DNA of 64,000 nucleotides from a virus (IMGVR_UViG_3300045912_000789:1-64000); one strand, 5' to 3'. Counted from the stretch's first letter, positions 7,289 to 17,608 are shown. Program-made: numbers and translations. Notes: generated by a model not told the origin, from the sequence alone.

Positions 7289-10200
7289 ATGCCGGCGGAG
7301 TTTCGGATCGACCAGGTCACGCCCGGAGCAGGAGTTCCGGGGCGCACGCGCCACGACCTGGTGCCCAACGAGGTCATCACCCTCGTCGCCACGAGCCCCA
7401 CAGGGCCCGGCGTCACGTACACGTGGGAGATCCTCGACAAGGTCGGCTCGACCGCGGTCCTCAGCGCGACGACCGGGCCGTCGGTCACCATCGGCCCGGC
7501 GCCGTCGATCGTCCGGCCGTGCAGCTTCCGCATCAAGCTCACGGTCAACGACAACGGGACCATCACCTCGACGGTGCGCCGCGCCTCTGTGCGCACGCTG
7601 GTCACCGGGATCTTCGTCCCGCTCTTCCCCGAGTCGGCGCTGAGCAGCGGTACGCTCTCGTCGAACAGCCCGGACAGCAGCGAGGACAACGCGGTCTACA
7701 ACAACCGCGCGGGGCTCGGCGTCGCCGATCAGAACTGGCGCGGCTGGGCCGAGTGGGCCTACGAGATCACGCTCGCGGTCGAGTCGGGAGGCGGCGCCGG
7801 CGGCCCGCCCACCGGCCCGGCCGGTGGCGACCTCGGCGACACCTACCCGAACCCCTCGGTGCGCAAGCTCTGGGGGCGCGCGATCGAGAACGTCGCGCCG
7901 AACAACAACGACTACCTCCGCTGGGACAGCGGCACGGTGAGCTGGAGGCCCACGGCGTTCCCCAGCGGCCTGCCGCCGACGGGCGCCGCGGGTGGAGACC
8001 TCGCCGGCAACTACCCGAACCCCACGGTCGCGCAGGTCCAGGGCTTCCCGGTCCAGTCGGGCACGCCTGCGGTGAACGACATCTGGCGCTTCAACGGCGT
8101 GAGCTGGGATCGCATCCCGCACGGCAACTTCATCGACGGCACCGAAGTGCTGCCTTCGATCTACTTCGGTTCGGATCCCGGCACCGACACGGGCCTCTAC
8201 AGGCCCGCCGGCGACACGATCGGCTTCACCAGCGGCGGGTCCTTCGTCGCGAAGTTCAAGCGTCCGCTCGTGGCAGCGGCCGGCACGCAGACGTCGTTCC
8301 AGCTCGTTTCGGATGTCGGTGGTGTCTCGGGCACCGCTGGCTTCAACGCGCTCTCGATGGACGTCCAGGGTGGACCGACCGGGTCGGGCATCCAGCGGCT
8401 GATCTACGTCACTCGGGACGGAGGTGACCGATTCACGGTCATGGAGACCGGCCAGATCCTGGCGCTCGATGGCACGGTGGGCGCTCCGGTCTATTCCTTC
8501 ATCAGCGATACCGACACCGGCCTCCGGAACACCGGAGTGAACAAGATGGCGCTCGTCGCCGGCGGTGTGGATCGACTGAACCTCGACACCACCCAGGCGT
8601 CGTTCTCGGTGAACGTCTACGCGCCGGTGGGTAGCGCAGCCCTCCCGTCGTACTCGTTCAACGGTGACGGGAACACCGGCTTCTACGAGATCGTCGCCGA
8701 CTCCATCGGCGTCTCCACGGGCGGCGTGCTCAGGCTCGCCGTCTCGACGACCGGCATCGACGCGACCCTGCCCTTCCGTGGGGTCGACGGCTCGGCGGCC
8801 AACCCCGGCTACGAGTTCGTGTCGGACCAGACGACCGGCATGTTCCTGATCGCGGCCGGTGTTCTCGGCTTCTCGGTCAGCGGCACCGAGCGCATGCGGC
8901 TCACCGCGACCGGCGGGCTCCTCGCTGGCAACTGGCTGCCGAGCGTCGATCTCACCTACAACCTCGGTGATCCTTCGTTCCGCTGGAACAACCTGTGGGT
9001 GGGCAGCGCGTCGTTCACGTCGGGCCTCTTCGCCGATGGAACGGTCGGCGCACCGTCGATCTCGTTCACCGCCGACACTAACACCGGCTTCTACCGCGTG
9101 GGCACGGGCAGCATCGGCGTGTCCGGCGACGGTCTACAGATCGTCCAGTTCCAGGCGCCGACTGGGGTGAACCCGCAGGCTCTCTTCGCCGCCGGCGCAG
9201 CGGGCGTCCCGTCGATCTCCTTCAACGGCAACTCGAACACCGGCATTTTCCGTCCCGTCGGCCAGGCGGTCGGCATCTCCAGCGATGGCGGGGAGATCGT
9301 CCGTATCACCCGTCAGTCGTCGGTCACCGACACGCCGCAGATCCTGGTCGCGACCGGTGTCGATCCGGCGACGCGGCCCCACTACAGCTTCATCTCGAAC
9401 ACTGACACCGGCATGTCGTTCAACGACGGCGGTCTCGCGTTCTACGCCGACGGTCAGCGCCCGCTGCTCCTCACCGGCATCGCCGGCATTCCGCGCGCCA
9501 TCATCCAGCCGGGTACGGCCGGCAACCCGGCGCTCGCCTTCGAGGGTGACCAGACGACGGGCGTGTTCCGCGCCGGCGCCGGCATCTTCGGGATCGCGAC
9601 GAGCGGCGTCGAGCGCGTGCGTTTCGTGCTCGGCCAGAGCGTCCTGTCGACCGACTGGTACCCCGACGCGACCAACACCCGTGACATGGGCTCGGGTGTC
9701 ACTCGGTGGCGCAGCATCTACGCCGCAACGCAGGTGGATGTCTCGGGCGGCCTCGTCCGGGCAGACCGGATTCACGTGCAGACCGATGGCACGGCCGCTG
9801 CGCCCGCGATCGTGTGGGGTGTCTACGGTGACAACGGCTTCTTCGGCGGAGGCGCCGATCGTCTCTCTGTGTCGGTCGACGGCCTGGAGGTCATGCGGTG
9901 GCGGAACGTCACCAGCACGAACCCGAAGTCGCTGATCACCGATGGCTCGACCTCCCATCCCGGACTCGGCTTCATCTCCGACGAGGACACCGGCTTCTAC
10001 AGGCCCGGCGCCGGCATCGTCGGTCTGGTGGGCGATGCCCTGGAGATCGTCAGGTTCCAGGCCCCCACCGGCGTGAACCCGCAGGGTCTGTTCGCGGCTG
10101 GCTCTGCCACCGCTCCGGCGATCTCCTTCGTCGGCGACCCCAACACTGGCTTCTTCTCGGCTGCGGCGGACTCCATCGGCATCGCGACCAACGGCACCGA

Positions 10201-12625
10201 GTTCTGGCGCTTCAACAACTCGATCCTCTCGGGCTTCCAGTCGAACAGCGTCATCTCGGCGCCGAGTGCGGTCGGTCGTCTCACGCTCCGCGGCAACATC
10301 CAGAACGCGGCTCAGGGCGTGCTCACCGTGGAGTCGGCATCGGCCTGGGGCGGCGGCGCAGGTGTCCAGCAGATCGGCATCGATCTGAACGCGACGCTGA
10401 ACCAGACGTCGACGGCGGGCTTCACCGGCCTGCGGCTCGCGCTCACCCACACCGCCATCGGTTCGGGTGTGCACCGCTTCGTGGACTTCACGATCGGCGG
10501 CACCACGCACTTCGCCGTCAGCTCGGGGGCATCTCCGGGTCTCGTGTTCGTGAACGACGGCGGGGTGGCGGGCCCGGCCTACTCGTTCCTTGGCGACACC
10601 AACACCGGCCTCTGGCGGCCTGGATCGGGCATCGTGGCGGTCGCCGGCGATGGCGTGGAAGTCGTGCGGTTCTCGGCTCCGGGAGGCGCGACGCCGCAGG
10701 TGCTTGCGCAGGGGGGCACGGTCGCCAACCCGTCCTACTCGTTCGTCGGCGGTACCAGCACCGGCATGCTCTACCTCTCGCCCGAGCTGGCGTTCTCGGT
10801 CGGAGGCACCGAGGTTGCGCGCATGCAGGCGCCCGCGGCCGTGCCGCAGCTCCTGATCCCCAACGGCACGGGCGCAGCACCGTCTCTCGCGTTCCGTCTG
10901 AACACCGACACCGGGCTCATCTCGACCTCTCCGCTGGGTGTGGGAGGCGTCGGTTTCATCGCCGACGGTTTGCTCGCTGGTGCGGCGGTGAACAGCGGCG
11001 GCAATGTCCAACTCATCGCGATGGCAGGAACGGCCGCGGCGCCGGGCCTCGTCGTCGATCAGTTCGGCTCGGGCTTCTACTCGCCGGGCGGTGGAGCAGT
11101 CACCGCGGTCTCCAACGGAACGGAGATCTTCCGGTGGGACAGCACGCCGGGCGTGTTCCTCATCCCCGACGGTACGGCGGCTCTGCCGATCCTCACGTGG
11201 GACGCGGACCCCGACACCGGCATCTACCGGGATGCGGCGAACGCACTCGCCATCACGACGGGCGGCGTGCGCATGGCTCGTTTTGAGCAGGCGCCCACGC
11301 TCGCGGCGGGCACCGGCACCGGTCTCGATCTGATCATCGCGGTCGGCGGCATCACGGGCACCGCCGGGTACGACGCGGTGCACATCGACGTCACCGGAGC
11401 CGCTACGGGCTCTGGAGACAAGAACCTGCTGAAGATCACCGAGGGCGGGGCGGATCGCCTCTACATCCAGCAGAACGGGCGAGTTCGAGGTGTGGACGGT
11501 ACGGCGGCTCTGCCGACCTACACGTTCCTCAACGATGCGAACACCGGCATCTTCTCGGCTGCCGCAGACGATCTCGGGTTCAGCGTCGGCGGCACGCAGC
11601 GTCTCGATATCTCGACAACGGCTGTCACGTCCACGCTGCCTTACCTCGCGCCGGACGGCACGGCGGGTGCGCCGGCCTACTCGTTCAGCGGCGACACCGA
11701 CAACGGGCTCTACTACGTCACGACCAACCAGGTCGCCATGGCGACCGGCGGCGTGCAGTCGATGCGCTGGGAGACGACGGTCACCGTCTCGGCCTACCCG
11801 ATCGAGTTCACCGGCGCGTCCATGGGCACTCCTACCGCGAACACCAACCGCGTCGGGACGCCCAACACCGCGGGTCGGCCACCGTTCCTCGCCCTGGCGG
11901 ACTCGTACTTCGGCACGCAGTTCATGGCGACGGCGTTCCACGATCGCCAGAAGTTCTTCCTGCTGCCGAGTGGCGCGACCACGATGGTCAACGCCGGATT
12001 CCAGTTCGGCACGTCGGGCACGGTGGCCTACGTCACGCCGACCGGCACGTCGTTCATGACTGCGTGCCAGAAGAACAGCTTCGTCACCGGCGCCGTCAGC
12101 GGCAACACCGCCGACATCCATTCGACCACCCCGATCGTCGCGCAGGGCAACGCCACCACGCTTCTCGGGTTCATGTTCCACGCGCGCTTCGCGGTGGGCA
12201 GCGACTACACCTCGAACACGCGACTGTTCGTCGGCCTGATCAACAGCGCGGTGACGCTCGCCGGCACCATAAACCCGAGCGCGCTCAGCAACAACCGACT
12301 CGTCGGCGTCGGTGCATCCTCGGGTAGTGCGACGCTTTTCGTCTACACGAACGACGCGGCCGGCGCGCCGCAGGCGACGAGCACGGGCCTTACGATCGCA
12401 GCGAATGACGCCTTCGACGTGTGGATCTGGATGCCGCCGAACTCCTCGACGCGCTACGTCTACGTGAACCGCATCAACGGCGCGGCTGGCACGTACAGCG
12501 GCAGCTCGTTCAGCTTCCCTCCGGGCGCGAACCAGTGGCTTTATCCGCACTCGTGGATCGCGACGGCCGAGGCCGCGGCCAAGACGCTGTACGTGATGCG
12601 CTGGGCGATCGAGGCCGGCCAGTGA
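7289..12625 (+). CDS. Long tail fibre / receptor-binding protein (1778 aa)
   Basis: Two GGDLxxxYPNP motifs; about 18 DGTxxxPxYSFxxDTxTG repeats; two PxxDxTxxLG..RW motifs typical of phage fibres. Confidence 0.8.
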   Translation: MPAEFRIDQVTPGAGVPGRTRHDLVPNEVITLVATSPTGPGVTYTWEILDKVGSTAVLSATTGPSVTIGPAPSIVRPCSFRIKLTVNDNGTITSTVRRASVRTLVTGIFVPLFPESALSSGTLSSNSPDSSEDNAVYNNRAGLGVADQNWRGWAEWAYEITLAVESGGGAGGPPTGPAGGDLGDTYPNPSVRKLWGRAIENVAPNNNDYLRWDSGTVSWRPTAFPSGLPPTGAAGGDLAGNYPNPTVAQVQGFPVQSGTPAVNDIWRFNGVSWDRIPHGNFIDGTEVLPSIYFGSDPGTDTGLYRPAGDTIGFTSGGSFVAKFKRPLVAAAGTQTSFQLVSDVGGVSGTAGFNALSMDVQGGPTGSGIQRLIYVTRDGGDRFTVMETGQILALDGTVGAPVYSFISDTDTGLRNTGVNKMALVAGGVDRLNLDTTQASFSVNVYAPVGSAALPSYSFNGDGNTGFYEIVADSIGVSTGGVLRLAVSTTGIDATLPFRGVDGSAANPGYEFVSDQTTGMFLIAAGVLGFSVSGTERMRLTATGGLLAGNWLPSVDLTYNLGDPSFRWNNLWVGSASFTSGLFADGTVGAPSISFTADTNTGFYRVGTGSIGVSGDGLQIVQFQAPTGVNPQALFAAGAAGVPSISFNGNSNTGIFRPVGQAVGISSDGGEIVRITRQSSVTDTPQILVATGVDPATRPHYSFISNTDTGMSFNDGGLAFYADGQRPLLLTGIAGIPRAIIQPGTAGNPALAFEGDQTTGVFRAGAGIFGIATSGVERVRFVLGQSVLSTDWYPDATNTRDMGSGVTRWRSIYAATQVDVSGGLVRADRIHVQTDGTAAAPAIVWGVYGDNGFFGGGADRLSVSVDGLEVMRWRNVTSTNPKSLITDGSTSHPGLGFISDEDTGFYRPGAGIVGLVGDALEIVRFQAPTGVNPQGLFAAGSATAPAISFVGDPNTGFFSAAADSIGIATNGTEFWRFNNSILSGFQSNSVISAPSAVGRLTLRGNIQNAAQGVLTVESASAWGGGAGVQQIGIDLNATLNQTSTAGFTGLRLALTHTAIGSGVHRFVDFTIGGTTHFAVSSGASPGLVFVNDGGVAGPAYSFLGDTNTGLWRPGSGIVAVAGDGVEVVRFSAPGGATPQVLAQGGTVANPSYSFVGGTSTGMLYLSPELAFSVGGTEVARMQAPAAVPQLLIPNGTGAAPSLAFRLNTDTGLISTSPLGVGGVGFIADGLLAGAAVNSGGNVQLIAMAGTAAAPGLVVDQFGSGFYSPGGGAVTAVSNGTEIFRWDSTPGVFLIPDGTAALPILTWDADPDTGIYRDAANALAITTGGVRMARFEQAPTLAAGTGTGLDLIIAVGGITGTAGYDAVHIDVTGAATGSGDKNLLKITEGGADRLYIQQNGRVRGVDGTAALPTYTFLNDANTGIFSAAADDLGFSVGGTQRLDISTTAVTSTLPYLAPDGTAGAPAYSFSGDTDNGLYYVTTNQVAMATGGVQSMRWETTVTVSAYPIEFTGASMGTPTANTNRVGTPNTAGRPPFLALADSYFGTQFMATAFHDRQKFFLLPSGATTMVNAGFQFGTSGTVAYVTPTGTSFMTACQKNSFVTGAVSGNTADIHSTTPIVAQGNATTLLGFMFHARFAVGSDYTSNTRLFVGLINSAVTLAGTINPSALSNNRLVGVGASSGSATLFVYTNDAAGAPQATSTGLTIAANDAFDVWIWMPPNSSTRYVYVNRINGAAGTYSGSSFSFPPGANQWLYPHSWIATAEAAAKTLYVMRWAIEAGQ

Positions 12626-12635
12626 AGGAGACCGC

Positions 12636-12938
12636 ATGACGGCTCGATGGAGATACACGGCTGCCCAGACCGAGACGCGCAACGTGGCGCGCATCGGATC
12701 GATCTCGTTCCGTTTCGGTGAGCGACCTGTGGTCGTCATCGAGTACGAGATCGGCGACGACACCGGCGGCGACTTCGTGGTGAAGAACCGCGGTCACCTG
12801 GAGATGGATCAGCCTCTCCCGGCGGCGGTCACCACGCTGATGGACAACATCAACACGAGGGCTCTCGCGTTCCTGGTCGCGAGGGGTATTATCCCGGCTG
12901 GTGCGGAGGAGACCCCTCCCGCTGCGCCTTCCCGCTGA
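12636..12938 (+). CDS. Hypothetical protein (possible fibre chaperone)
   Basis: AAGGAG SD; directly after the fibre gene. Confidence 0.65.
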   Translation: MTARWRYTAAQTETRNVARIGSISFRFGERPVVVIEYEIGDDTGGDFVVKNRGHLEMDQPLPAAVTTLMDNINTRALAFLVARGIIPAGAEETPPAAPSR

Positions 12939-12965
12939 AGATCCGAACCGAACAGGAGACCGAAC

Positions 12966-13298
12966 ATGAGCAAGAAGAACGGACGCACCCCGCCCACCAA
13001 CCCGCAGCCGCCCGCCGAGGATCCGGAGAGCCGGGTCGACGAGGTGCCGCTCGACGAGACCTCGGCGCTCGCCATCCAGCTCGGCCAGAGCCGCCTCAAC
13101 GAGGCGCAGCTCGCCGTACAGCTCCGGCAGCGCGAGATGCAGAGCACGCTCGACCGCGTGCGCGCCCGCTACGAGGAAGGCGGGAAGTACGCCGTCCAGG
13201 GCGTGAACTTCGAGAAGATGGTGGTGACCCGGATCCCCGTCGAGAAGAGGGAGGAGCCCGCGCCGACCACGCCCCCGTCGACCCCCTCGGCGAACTGA
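12966..13298 (+). CDS. Hypothetical coiled-coil protein
   Basis: AGGAG SD. Confidence 0.7.
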   Translation: MSKKNGRTPPTNPQPPAEDPESRVDEVPLDETSALAIQLGQSRLNEAQLAVQLRQREMQSTLDRVRARYEEGGKYAVQGVNFEKMVVTRIPVEKREEPAPTTPPSTPSAN

Positions 13299-13304
13299 TC
13301 GGCG

Positions 13305-13772
13305 ATGGAGCCGCTGTCCAACGCCCTCCAGACACTACTCGGCGCCGGCATCCCCGGCGCCGCGGTGGTGATCCTGTCGTTCGTGGTCTTCTACCTCTGG
13401 AGGGAGGGGAAGAACGAGCGAGCCGCGCACAAGCGCGAACGCGAGGAGATGATCAAGGCCCACAAGGAAGAGATCGAGAAGCACCAGGTGATCAACCGGG
13501 AGCTTCACGCAGCTCGCCTCGCCGACATTCGCGAGAGTACGGCGGCGCGTCTCGTCGACAACGAGTCGCTGCACAAGCAGATGCTCGAAGTCGTGAAGCA
13601 GGGCACCACCGTGATGGAGAGCACGGCCGCAGCGCTTGATGCGCACAAGGACGTGACGGTGGAGCACCGTGATGCAGCGAAGCAAGCAGCGGAGGAGCTG
13701 AGGAAGCTCTCGACGCTGGTCCACAACTTCTCGGAGGAGATCAAGCTCCGTATCCGCCCAGGCGTGCGGTAA
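13305..13772 (+). CDS. Holin-like single-TM coiled-coil protein
   Basis: GIPGAAVVILSFVVFYLW TM segment followed by a long charged helix. Confidence 0.55.
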   Translation: MEPLSNALQTLLGAGIPGAAVVILSFVVFYLWREGKNERAAHKREREEMIKAHKEEIEKHQVINRELHAARLADIRESTAARLVDNESLHKQMLEVVKQGTTVMESTAAALDAHKDVTVEHRDAAKQAAEELRKLSTLVHNFSEEIKLRIRPGVR

Positions 13773-13785
13773 CGAGGGAGACCTC

Positions 13786-14040
13786 ATGATGACCAAGATG
13801 GAACGTATGTCCGCTGACGCGATCTCGAAGCTGCCCGCCGTGGCAGAGCGGCTGAAGAAGTCGGCTGCGGACTCGGAGGCGGCGGCCCGGGAGACCCGGG
13901 CCCGCGTCCGACGCCAGCGCATGGCGAGTCAGCAGAACTTCCAGGCGGTGCGGCCCGAGGATCCGCCGCTGGAGATGCCCGACTCCTGGCGCGACGACGA
14001 GCCGACGGTGAAGACGACCCTGCCCGACGAGAAGAAGTGA
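13786..14040 (+). CDS. Hypothetical protein
   Basis: GAGGGAG SD. Confidence 0.6.
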   Translation: MMTKMERMSADAISKLPAVAERLKKSAADSEAAARETRARVRRQRMASQQNFQAVRPEDPPLEMPDSWRDDEPTVKTTLPDEKK

Positions 14041-14041
14041 C

Positions 14042-15694
14042 GTGGCTGTCCAGTACCCCAACCGCCGCTGCACCTGCGGCTTCACCCGCTTCCGGGAGAT
14101 CATCCGGAAGACGGAGGAGTCCGTGGATCGGTGGATGCTCTTCGAGGACCCGGGCGGGGGCTTCGGATCGACGCCGTTCGGCACGTACTTCGGTTCGGGT
14201 TCCGGCACAGCGTGGGGGCTCTTCACCAACCCGCTGAGGACGACGCGTCGCGACACCGTCTGCGAGAGCTGCTCGCGCGTCCGGGTCTCGAAGCTGCTCG
14301 GATCGATCGCCGTCTTCGGCGCCTTCATCGACAATGGCTACATCTACATCGTCGCCAGCGACCTGTCGCTCCCTGCGACGTGCTACTCGATCCGCTTCGA
14401 CGGTCCGGAGTCGTTCGAGGTCCCCCTCTCCTTCTTCCCCGGCGTACCCCCGGCGATCCTGGCGCCGACGCCGCCCACCACGGCCCCGACGCCGCCGCCC
14501 GGCGCGCCCACCGTGGACTCCATGCTCCGTGCACAGGTGCCGGAGGTGGTGATCACCGGCACGTACACGGTGGTTCTCGTCGACCGCTGCTGCGGTTGCG
14601 AGTACCCCATCGCGGAAGTTACTCTGGAGGCGCCTCCCATGATCTTCACGCCCTTCGACGCAGACCTCGGCGGAGCCCCGCGGCACTGGCTGCACGGCGG
14701 ATCCGTCCACTACGATCTCGTGCAGCCGGCCAGCGGCGTCAGGGCGTCGATCCCCTTCGACTACTGCGAGGCCGTGGCGGAGTACGACGCACGCCTCAAC
14801 ACCCTGCCCGACGCACAGGGCTGGACGCACCAGGGAACCGGCGTCCCCGGGAACTACCAGCTCATCGACGGCAAGGCGCTCAAGATGCAGATCGTCAGCG
14901 GCCAGTCGTCGTACTGGCGCAAGACGATCGCGCTGCCGGCCAGCCCGGGTCGGGTCTACGGCTACAGCTACTTCGCCCCGAACGTGATCACGTTCACCAA
15001 CCCGGGCGACGGCTACACCTTCGAGGGCCGCTACGCCCTGAGCATCGGCGGCACGTACGCCGGCATGCGGCTGAACTTCGCGGGGAACTCGCCGCGCACG
15101 ACGACGCTCACCGGGGGCGCAGGCACCGTGCTGCGCACCGAGCAGGCCCCGCCGGGGTTCCTCGTGCTCGCCGGCGGTGACGACAACTTCGACGGCATCG
15201 AGGGCGCGTGGTTCGAGGGCGAGAGCTTCCGAGACGCGTTCTACGGGACCACGGGCGTGCCGGCGGCCTTCGAGATGATCGCCGAGTTCGGCGACAAGGG
15301 GGCGGCCGGCAACGACCTCGCGTACATCCGCAACGTCGTCCTCAGCGCGGCCGGGCGTTTCATCCGCCCGATGTTCACCGCCTTCGCCCAGGTCGCGAAC
15401 CCCCGGCTCCGGCTCTACCTGATCGCGGACTCGAACTCGTCGGTGGACAAGTCCGCCCGGTTCCTCGTCCGCTACGGCGTCGGCACCGGCGATCCCTACG
15501 TCACGCCGGGCAGCACGACCTCGCAGACCGTCAACTTCACCACCGCGAACGTGATGTTCGAGGTCCCGCTCACGCTCACCGGCCTGACGGCACAGCAGCC
15601 GTTCTGGTTCACGATCGAGCGGGACTGGGCTCACACCGACGACAAGCTCGTCGCCACCGTCCACCTGATGCAGTGCACCGTGCGTTCGCAGTGA
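14042..15694 (+). CDS. Putative virion structural protein (550 aa)
   Basis: Beta-rich G/T/P composition; N-terminal CxC/CxxC; structural neighbourhood. Confidence 0.6.
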   Translation: MAVQYPNRRCTCGFTRFREIIRKTEESVDRWMLFEDPGGGFGSTPFGTYFGSGSGTAWGLFTNPLRTTRRDTVCESCSRVRVSKLLGSIAVFGAFIDNGYIYIVASDLSLPATCYSIRFDGPESFEVPLSFFPGVPPAILAPTPPTTAPTPPPGAPTVDSMLRAQVPEVVITGTYTVVLVDRCCGCEYPIAEVTLEAPPMIFTPFDADLGGAPRHWLHGGSVHYDLVQPASGVRASIPFDYCEAVAEYDARLNTLPDAQGWTHQGTGVPGNYQLIDGKALKMQIVSGQSSYWRKTIALPASPGRVYGYSYFAPNVITFTNPGDGYTFEGRYALSIGGTYAGMRLNFAGNSPRTTTLTGGAGTVLRTEQAPPGFLVLAGGDDNFDGIEGAWFEGESFRDAFYGTTGVPAAFEMIAEFGDKGAAGNDLAYIRNVVLSAAGRFIRPMFTAFAQVANPRLRLYLIADSNSSVDKSARFLVRYGVGTGDPYVTPGSTTSQTVNFTTANVMFEVPLTLTGLTAQQPFWFTIERDWAHTDDKLVATVHLMQCTVRSQ

Positions 15695-15701
15695 GATCGA
15701 T

Positions 15702-16064
15702 ATGAAGCCGGAGCGAGCACAGCGTCTGACCCGTCTGATCGATGCCGAGCCGGTGTGGCTCGACTCGGGCGGGCCCGGCATCACCGATGCGACCGGCGCT
15801 CCTGTGCCCCGGCGCCGCGGGGTCGCCATCCTCTTCGCCTGTCCGATCCACGGCGACGAGTGTCTGGTGGCGGTCTCGGTCGATCCGCCGCTCGATGGCG
15901 GGCCTCCTCCCGCCGGGGAGAAGACCTGGAAGCGCACCGGCGGCGAGGACTTCGCGACCGTCACGCTTTCGCCATCGATCCGGGTGCTCGGCGGGCCCGA
16001 CGGCTGCGAGTGGCATGGCTTCATCAGGAACGGGCTCTTCGAGCACTGCGGGGACGCGCGATGA
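15702..16064 (+). CDS. DUF6527-like Cys/His protein
   Basis: FACP..W..VTLSPSI..CEWHGFIRNG motif. Confidence 0.6.
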   Translation: MKPERAQRLTRLIDAEPVWLDSGGPGITDATGAPVPRRRGVAILFACPIHGDECLVAVSVDPPLDGGPPPAGEKTWKRTGGEDFATVTLSPSIRVLGGPDGCEWHGFIRNGLFEHCGDAR

Positions 16065-16333
16065 GGCTGGTGCACATCCGAGAGGGCGCGCTGGAGATCC
16101 GATGGACCTGGCTGCCGTACTGGCTGGCGGTGAACCCTCGGCTGGCCACCCTGGTCGAGCGTGAGCTGCACGACGCCGTCCTGCTCTGCGGCGCCACGAC
16201 CAGCGAGACCGACCTCGACGCCATGCACCGGTGGGTCGCTCGGCGGCTCTCCGCGCTCTTCCCGGCGTTCCCCGGGCTCCAGGAGTACCTGGACAGCCTC
16301 CGCCTCGTCGCCGAGCCTCCACGGCCCGCGTAG
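16061..16333 (+). CDS. Hypothetical protein (90 aa)
   Basis: ATGA coupling at 16061. Confidence 0.6.
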   Translation: MRLVHIREGALEIRWTWLPYWLAVNPRLATLVERELHDAVLLCGATTSETDLDAMHRWVARRLSALFPAFPGLQEYLDSLRLVAEPPRPA

Positions 16334-16373
16334 GCCCGCTGGCAGGGGAAGGTGGTCTACCCAGCTTCCCGAG

Positions 16374-16420
16374 TGTATTCGCCGTCTTGACGGCGTATGT
16401 ATTCTCTGTATTCTCTCTGA
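16374..16420 (+). promoter_or_regulatory. Sigma70-type promoter with operator-like repeats
   Basis: TTGACG (16387-92), 16-nt spacer, TATTCT (16409-14), 6 nt to GTG; TGTATTC three times; palindrome CGCCGTC-TT-GACGGCG. Confidence 0.7.
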
Positions 16421-16651
16421 GTGCCTCGACGCGCCGGAGCCCCGCCGAAGAAAACGCCGCCCACGACGGTGCGGTTCACGGCGGAGAACCACACGTTCGT
16501 GAAGGCGCAGAGCGAGCTGCACCCCGATGGTCAGAGCGGCGTGATCAACGACGCTGTGGCCTTCTATCGGAAGCATGTGGAGAAGCGCGGCGAGAAGATC
16601 TTCTCCACGATCCACGGAGCGAACGGACATGGCGAAGCTCAGGACTCATAG
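16421..16651 (+). CDS. Ribbon-helix-helix DNA-binding protein
   Basis: TTVRFTAENHTFVKAQS..QSGVINDAVAFY pattern (Arc/CopG-like). Confidence 0.6.
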   Translation: MPRRAGAPPKKTPPTTVRFTAENHTFVKAQSELHPDGQSGVINDAVAFYRKHVEKRGEKIFSTIHGANGHGEAQDS

Positions 16652-17150
16652 CGAACCTCTGCCGCGTAGCGCAGACCAGATCATCTCGCTGTTCAAGCGA
16701 GCGATCATGCTGCCGCACACGATGGAGATCCGGATCACGCCCGAGGAGTTCCTCCTCAGCCGTGAGCTGGAGGACGACGAGGAGGTCGTCTTCCCGAAGT
16801 CGGAGACCAAGGTCGACGCCGACATCGAGTACGTGCTCGCGCGAACCGTGGACAACCTCTACGAGCCGCCGTTCGACCCGAACCGCCACCCGTACATCGC
16901 GCTCCAGGAGGCGACCGCACATCTCGCGAAGGATCGACTCCGAGTCTGTGGCATCATGGCACCGAAGGGTTCGCTGTTCGCGGACTACTTCGGGCTCGAC
17001 GAAGACGAGATGCCAGAGACGTTCATGGGAATCCGCGTGATCTACCACAGCCTCACCGACAAGTACCCCGACAAGATCGTCGTCTTCGGCGGCCCGACCG
17101 TCTACTTCAACGACGCTACCCACGGCGTCATCATCGACACGGGAGTCTGA
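16629..17150 (+). CDS. Hypothetical protein
   Basis: ATG 16629; typical codon usage. Confidence 0.7.
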   Translation: MAKLRTHSEPLPRSADQIISLFKRAIMLPHTMEIRITPEEFLLSRELEDDEEVVFPKSETKVDADIEYVLARTVDNLYEPPFDPNRHPYIALQEATAHLAKDRLRVCGIMAPKGSLFADYFGLDEDEMPETFMGIRVIYHSLTDKYPDKIVVFGGPTVYFNDATHGVIIDTGV

Positions 17151-17152
17151 AG

Positions 17153-17608
17153 ATGAAGCTCGACCAGGCACTGGCGAGGATCGGCGTCACGATCGTGAAG
17201 GCGGAGCAGAAGCCGGCACAGGCCGTGCTCCTCCTTCGGATCGATCAGAAGAAGCAGGCCCTCTGGAACGAGACACTCACCGAGTTCCTGCTGGCGTCCG
17301 AGGAGCGCGACGGCACCGGCAAGAAGAAGGTGGCCTGGACCGCGGACGTCTCGAAGTACTTCTACGCCGTGCCCGACGCCGGGGTCGTGCGCTTCCTCTG
17401 GCGTGTGATCCTGGGAGGCAACCCCCGCGCGGCGGCGGAGGCTCTGGGACGCGCGGCGATGCGCGCGGTCGCCGCGGGCGTCGAGGTCACCTCCCAGCCG
17501 CTCGTCGGCCGCAAGGAGTTCGTCCACGACCCGGCCAGCGGCAAGATCGCCGGGGCCTACAGCACCAACAAGGGCGCGGCCATCCTCGCGCAGCAGGTGT
17601 CGCGATGA
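17153..17608 (+). CDS. Hypothetical protein
   Basis: GGGAG SD; operon context. Confidence 0.7.
   Translation: MKLDQALARIGVTIVKAEQKPAQAVLLLRIDQKKQALWNETLTEFLLASEERDGTGKKKVAWTADVSKYFYAVPDAGVVRFLWRVILGGNPRAAAEALGRAAMRAVAAGVEVTSQPLVGRKEFVHDPASGKIAGAYSTNKGAAILAQQVSR

Noticed and set aside
7289-12625. Diversity-generating retroelement or shufflon acting on the tail fibre
   Set aside because: No reverse transcriptase, invertase or adenine-variant template repeat is visible; the repeats are protein-level and diverged
9134-12763. Very long antisense ORFs (also 13784..16630, 24009..27305, 46432..51675, 51808..54816)
   Set aside because: These are shadow frames of high-GC3 sense genes, with R/A/G/V/D-biased translations, no SD and no recognisable motifs
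16374-16414. CRISPR-like or iteron array
   Set aside because: Only three 7-bp repeats overlapping a promoter, better explained as an operator
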